Shown: positions 25,031-28,829 of the stretch, piece by piece
Numbering within the stretch: position 1 is the first letter of the stretch
Layout: every line of letters begins with the position of its first letter
From: a virus
Taxonomy: Duplodnaviria > Caudoviricetes
Length of the DNA stretch: 28,829 nt
Reading direction: 5' to 3' (one strand)
Virus record (IMG/VR): IMGVR_UViG_3300011339_000177
Coordinates: 1 to 28,829 of that record
Notes under the pieces: generated by a model
What the model was told of the DNA's origin: nothing
The model's input: the letters and a program-made list of their open reading frames with translations, nothing else
The model's database searches: none
Translations under genes and position numbers: made by a program

Positions 25031-25396
25031 TGGCTGTGCTTTGGCGATGTTCTTTAAGAACTGGTTTTAGTAACAAACTATCGGTTTGCTTGGCATGATA
25101 GGCGTAGGCTATAGGTTCCTAGCCTTTGCTTGGCAGCGGCTAGGCTGTGCTTAGTAGCGGCTAGATTGTCGCTTCGTGCCACGTTCAGCGACATTGTCAT
25201 CCTTGGCTAGGTATGACGACAAAGCACCATCCAACCCTTTCTCACTTTTTCTTTCCCCGCGCCGCGCCGCCGCGCTCGCTGGCCCGAGTTATCCACAATC
25301 CCAGATGCCAGTTGCCAGGTTCTATCCACAATTTCCTGTGGACAACTCGATTCTGTGCAATTTGCCTGTGGATATCCTGTGGATAAGCAAGCGATA

Positions 25397-25424
25397 ACTT
25401 AACATAATGGACACTGTATAAAGT
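25397..25424 (-). other. dif-like XerC/XerD recombination site (11-6-11)
   Basis: Minus strand ACTTTATACAG-TGTCCA-TTATGTTAAGT; XerD arm 10/11 to E. coli TTATGTTAAAT, spacer 4/6 to TGTATA, XerC arm degenerate; outer ACTT/AAGT dyad. Confidence 0.7.
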
Positions 25425-25458
25425 AGACTTTTGTTGCTAAAAAACAAATGTTCAATGA

Positions 25459-25471
25459 TATCAATGACTTA
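25459..25471 (+). promoter_or_regulatory. IHF binding site
   Basis: TATCAATGACTTA matches WATCAANNNNTTR exactly, with an upstream A-tract (about 25439-25448). Confidence 0.65.
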
Positions 25472-25526
25472 CAAACGTTATCCACAGTATCCACAGCTGC
25501 CTGTGGATAACTAGGCGGCTGGCGAC

Positions 25527-25583
25527 ATGGGGGGGAGGGGGTCGGCCTCGGCTGTTGAAATTGTGGGTGCTTCCTCCCCCCAT
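25527..25583. repeat. G/C-run inverted repeat upstream of terS
   Basis: ATGGGGGGGAGG (25527-25538) ... CCTCCCCCCAT (25573-25583). Confidence 0.6.
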
Positions 25584-25603
25584 AAAAAGGGAAACTGACT
25601 AAA

Positions 25604-26032
25604 ATGCCCGACAACCGACTTCCCGAAAGGAAAAAAGTGGAAAACGAAACTTTCGCCGCAGCCCTTGACCCTGTACCCGAAACCAGCGCAACGCAGACCA
25701 AACCCAGACGCGGCAGACCCAAAGGTTCGGGAAAGATGACGATCCAGAAGTACGCTGCCAATCCCCCGAGCCTGCCCAAGACCGATTACCAGCGGATCAA
25801 GGAGCTGCGGGAGTTGATGATCCACAGTGGCGGGAAGGACGTAGCGAACAAGGTTATTCAGATTGCGCTCAATGACGAGCACCCTGGACAGATGGCGGCG
25901 CTGAAGATGTGCTTGGACCGGACGCTGCCGGTGAGTATGTTTGAGAAGGACAAGCACCAAAGGAGTGCGGTGACGATCAATATAACTGGATTGGGGCAGG
26001 AGCCTACGGTGCTGGAGGCCATTGATGTCTAA
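25604..26032 (+). CDS. terS: Putative terminase small subunit
   Basis: Directly upstream of and overlapping terL; RRGRPKGS basic motif, helical core, AVTINITGL C-terminal strand; start uncertain. Confidence 0.65.
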   Translation: MPDNRLPERKKVENETFAAALDPVPETSATQTKPRRGRPKGSGKMTIQKYAANPPSLPKTDYQRIKELRELMIHSGGKDVANKVIQIALNDEHPGQMAALKMCLDRTLPVSMFEKDKHQRSAVTINITGLGQEPTVLEAIDV

Positions 26033-27281
26033 CTTGAACTTCAGCCTCTTGCCGTGGCAGCAGGAGGTGTTTACCGATACAACCAGGTTCAAGGTTATCG
26101 CTGCTGGCAGGCGGTGCGGCAAGAGTAGGCTGGCAGCGACTACATTGATTATTGAGGGATTAAGGTGTCCACCTGGCTCGGCGGTGTTGTATGTGAGTCC
26201 GACTATGGGGCAGTCGCGGCAGATTATCTGGGATTTATTATTAGAGTTAGGCCGCGAGGTAATACAGGGTTCGCACGTTAATAATTTAGATATTACGTTG
26301 ATTAATGGTGCGCGGATATATGTACGCGGTGCGGATAGACCTGATACTTTGCGCGGAGTTAGTTTGACGTATGCGGTATTAGACGAGGTGGCAGATATTA
26401 AACCTGGTACTTGGGAGCAGGTTATTCGTGCGAGTTTGAGCGATAAGAAGGGTCGCTGCATGATGATTGGTACTCCGAAGGGAAGAAACTGGTTTTATGA
26501 TTTATATAACTTAGGGCAGGATGGTACTGATCCCGAGTGGAAGTCTTGGCACTTTACAACGGCAGATAACCCGTTGATTGACCCAGATGAGATTGAGAGC
26601 GCTAAGAAGACCTTATCCACGTTTTCGTTTAAGCAAGAGTACATGGCTAGCTTTTCCAATGCTGGCGCGGACGTGTTTAAGGAGGAATGGATTAAGTACG
26701 GGGTGGAGCCTGAATACGGGAGTTACTTTGTAGCGATTGACTTAGCGGGGTTTGAGGAAGTTGCCAAGCAAGCGGCGAATAGTAAGAAGCGGCTGGATGA
26801 ATCTGCCATTTGCGTGGTGAAGGTGACCGATGACGGGAAGTGGTTTGTTAAGGAGATCGAGCACGGGCGCTGGGATATTCGGGAAACGGCGGCTAAGATA
26901 CTGATGAAGATGAGGGATTACCGGCCTTTGAGCGTGGGGATCGAGCGCGGGGCGCTAAAGAATGCGGTTTTGCCGTATTTATCGGACCTGATGCGTAAGA
27001 ACAATGTGTACTCGCACATTGTGGATTTGACTCACGGTAATAGGAAGAAAACCGATAGAATCATCTGGTCGTTACAGGGACGCTTTGAGCACGGGCGGGT
27101 TATCCTTAATTCGGAGGAGAAGTGGGATGACTTTGTTGACCAGTTACTGATGTTCCCGTCCCATGGCGTACACGATGACCTTCCCGATGCGCTTTCCTAC
27201 ATGGACCAGTTGGCGGTGACCAGCTACTTTGAGGAGGCCGATGACGAGTGGGAGCCGATGGACATAATTGCGGGGATTTAG
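26025..27281 (+). CDS. terL: Terminase large subunit
   Basis: Walker A AAGRRCGKS, Walker B AVLDEVA, IGTPKGRNWFY, nuclease AIDLAG and HDDLPDALSY; GGAGG SD favours ATG 26025. Confidence 0.95.
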   Translation: MSNLNFSLLPWQQEVFTDTTRFKVIAAGRRCGKSRLAATTLIIEGLRCPPGSAVLYVSPTMGQSRQIIWDLLLELGREVIQGSHVNNLDITLINGARIYVRGADRPDTLRGVSLTYAVLDEVADIKPGTWEQVIRASLSDKKGRCMMIGTPKGRNWFYDLYNLGQDGTDPEWKSWHFTTADNPLIDPDEIESAKKTLSTFSFKQEYMASFSNAGADVFKEEWIKYGVEPEYGSYFVAIDLAGFEEVAKQAANSKKRLDESAICVVKVTDDGKWFVKEIEHGRWDIRETAAKILMKMRDYRPLSVGIERGALKNAVLPYLSDLMRKNNVYSHIVDLTHGNRKKTDRIIWSLQGRFEHGRVILNSEEKWDDFVDQLLMFPSHGVHDDLPDALSYMDQLAVTSYFEEADDEWEPMDIIAGI

Positions 27282-27283
27282 AT

Positions 27284-28597
27284 ATGGGATTATTTGATCG
27301 GTTGATGCAGCCCCAAGCACCAAGGCGTAATCTTATGGATACGCAGATGGTGCGCCGCCCCAGCGAGTCTTATCTGCGCCAGGATTACCCTACCGTTTAT
27401 GGCGCACTTGGCGGTTTGCTTGGCACTGCGCCCGATGAGATGGCTGGCAGCGTACTCGATCCCAATACCGCAGCCGTGCGCCGAGGCGCTGAGTACGGGT
27501 TCCCTGTTGGCACTGCGCTTGGGATGCTGCCTGCGGCAAGATTCACCAAGGGTTTGCCTGTAGGGATGGGGATTAAGGATGTTAGTAAAAAGAACATTGA
27601 TGTCAGTCTAAATAATTTAAGCAACTTTTTGTCTGCCAAATCTGAATTTGGGCAAGTTGGAGGAACAATACGTCCTGCGGATAAATTTTCAGACAAGCCA
27701 TATTTGCAAATCAATTATGCTGAAGTTGAAAAGGAAAGTCGAGGAATGGGAAAGGGCAAAGAGCTTTATCAATCACTTATTGATGACGCTCAAGCTAGAG
27801 GTCTAAGGGTTTTTAGTGATTCCACAGTGGAAAAACCAGCAGTCAATGTTTACAAGTCTCTTGGAAAAAAAGATTATGAGTTGAGGGACATGACAAAGGG
27901 AAGTTTGGAGGATGGTTCAGTTTATGGTGCTGGTGCTAAAAATCCAGCATTTGAAATTTTGCCAAGACAATCACCCTACCCACAACAAGCCGCCTTAGAC
28001 CTTGCCCAGCAACGGGCTGCATTGCCTGTTAGTAAATCTCTATTAATGTCAATACCATCTGGATTAACGAGAACAGAGCAAGCTAATTTAATTAAAAATC
28101 ATGCGGAAAATTTTGCGGCCAAAGCAAAAGAAATGGGGTTGTCTGCTTCTGTAGAGCATAGTGGTAGTAAAGCTGGCCCAAGTTCGTATGTAACTGTTTT
28201 AGACCCAATTACTGGGGCAAAATTTGAGTCACCATTTAGATTCTCTGGTCACAGTAAAGGGCCAAAAGAAAATCAATTTGTGTATAACGTAGGTGATGAT
28301 TTTTCTAATGAGTTAGGCGCATTAGAAAAAATGGCATTATCTATCCCAAAAGCTGAACGTGATGCTATTCAAAGCGCAAGGCAAGCAAAAATGATTAAAG
28401 ATTTGGCTTTGCAAGAAAAAGAGCGTATTTTTTCTCAAGGTAGGCCAGCAGTTCAAAGCGCAATGCAGGAAGCAAATTTGCAGCAAACGCCATACACAAA
28501 AGCGTTTAGCAATAGCGGCAAATACATTGGCGCCAATGAGTTAGACTACCCCAGCAACCCCATGTATACAGACCCTTTGGGGTATTCGATAAGGTAA
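27284..28597 (+). CDS. Multidomain (polyvalent-like) protein containing a GNAT acetyltransferase domain
   Basis: ATG 27284 three bases after the terL stop; LQINYAEVEKESRGMGKGKELYQSLID...AVNVYKSL matches GNAT motif A (RGxGxG) and downstream helix. Confidence 0.7.
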   Translation: MGLFDRLMQPQAPRRNLMDTQMVRRPSESYLRQDYPTVYGALGGLLGTAPDEMAGSVLDPNTAAVRRGAEYGFPVGTALGMLPAARFTKGLPVGMGIKDVSKKNIDVSLNNLSNFLSAKSEFGQVGGTIRPADKFSDKPYLQINYAEVEKESRGMGKGKELYQSLIDDAQARGLRVFSDSTVEKPAVNVYKSLGKKDYELRDMTKGSLEDGSVYGAGAKNPAFEILPRQSPYPQQAALDLAQQRAALPVSKSLLMSIPSGLTRTEQANLIKNHAENFAAKAKEMGLSASVEHSGSKAGPSSYVTVLDPITGAKFESPFRFSGHSKGPKENQFVYNVGDDFSNELGALEKMALSIPKAERDAIQSARQAKMIKDLALQEKERIFSQGRPAVQSAMQEANLQQTPYTKAFSNSGKYIGANELDYPSNPMYTDPLGYSIR

Positions 28598-28600
28598 ATC

Positions 28601-28829
28601 ATGGACATTTTAAAATCAAGCGAGTTTGACGAGCCAACGGAGAATGACAAAGAGTTAACTGCCTTTGTTGTTGACCACTGTGACCGTTGGCGCGACTACC
28701 GCAACACCAATTTTTTGGTTAGTTATCTGGAATACGAGCGCATATTCCGATGCGAGTGGGCTGCGGAGGACAAAACCCGCGATTCCGAGCGTTCGAGGAT
28801 TGTTACACCGGCAACCCAGCAGGCCGTGG
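28601..28829 (+). CDS. Portal protein, N-terminal part (3'-truncated; absent from ORF track)
   Basis: ATG 28601 after AAGG; MDILKSSEFDEPTENDKELTAFVVDHCDRWRDYRNTNF...YERIFRCEWAAEDKTRDSERSRIVTPATQQAV, typical podoviral portal start; open to window end. Confidence 0.75.
   Translation, partial: MDILKSSEFDEPTENDKELTAFVVDHCDRWRDYRNTNFLVSYLEYERIFRCEWAAEDKTRDSERSRIVTPATQQAV

Larger units (their letters stand above)
25289..25510. promoter_or_regulatory. Cluster of eight DnaA boxes
   Basis: Perfect TTATCCACA: 25289-25297(+), 25378-25386(-), 25478-25486(+), 25502-25510(-). One mismatch: 25322-25330(+), 25337-25345(-), 25367-25375(-), 25487-25495(+). Confidence 0.85.

Noticed and set aside
25354-25362. 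Possible ninth DnaA box TGTGCAATT
   Set aside because: Two mismatches to TTWTNCACA, so not counted, though it may be a low-affinity site.
25176-25779. ORFs 25176-25397 (+) and 25399-25779 (-)
   Set aside because: Translations (YPQ, VDN) simply reflect DnaA boxes; no SD or recognisable domain; better explained as non-coding.
25511-26461. 316-aa minus-strand ORF
   Set aside because: Antisense shadow of terS/terL with no recognisable motifs.
1-28829. Diversity-generating retroelement, tRNA, integrase, IS element or alternative genetic code
   Set aside because: No reverse transcriptase, TR/VR pair, tRNA cloverleaf, recombinase or transposase motif was seen by eye; genes read through cleanly in the standard code and all three stop codons are used.

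Overview
This window is most of the genome of a tailed dsDNA bacteriophage with a P22/podovirus-like architecture, resembling uncultured freshwater Betaproteobacteria phages (host is an inference). It opens inside a tail-fibre-like gene and ends inside the portal gene. Order on the + strand: tail-fibre C-terminus and small accessory or membrane genes, scaffold and major capsid, small basic proteins, head-tail connector and tail hub, an inserted HNH-type endonuclease, three ejection (DNA-transfer) proteins, and a lysis module (membrane proteins, Rz with embedded Rz1, M15 peptidase). A leftward operon of small ORFs follows, then a divergent control region with three operator-like sites. The rightward early block encodes an HTH regulator, RuvC-like resolvase, Cas4-like exonuclease, SSB-like protein, C5-methyltransferase and primase-helicase, followed by an iteron-like array. 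A ~570 bp non-coding region then precedes terS, terL, a GNAT-containing multidomain protein and the portal. No integrase or DNA polymerase is visible. The most striking element is at 25289-25510, just upstream of terS. There, eight DnaA boxes (four perfect TTATCCACA) in two clusters flank a 28-bp dif-like XerC/XerD site and a perfect IHF consensus. This is a purely cis-acting module built from host chromosome-cycle signals. Other highlights are a portable N-terminal peptide (MTGYESKK/RA) on three unrelated early proteins, a 7-fold repeat expansion in an ejection protein, and a HiPIP-like cysteine motif protein. All calls come from reading the sequence; no database searches were run.
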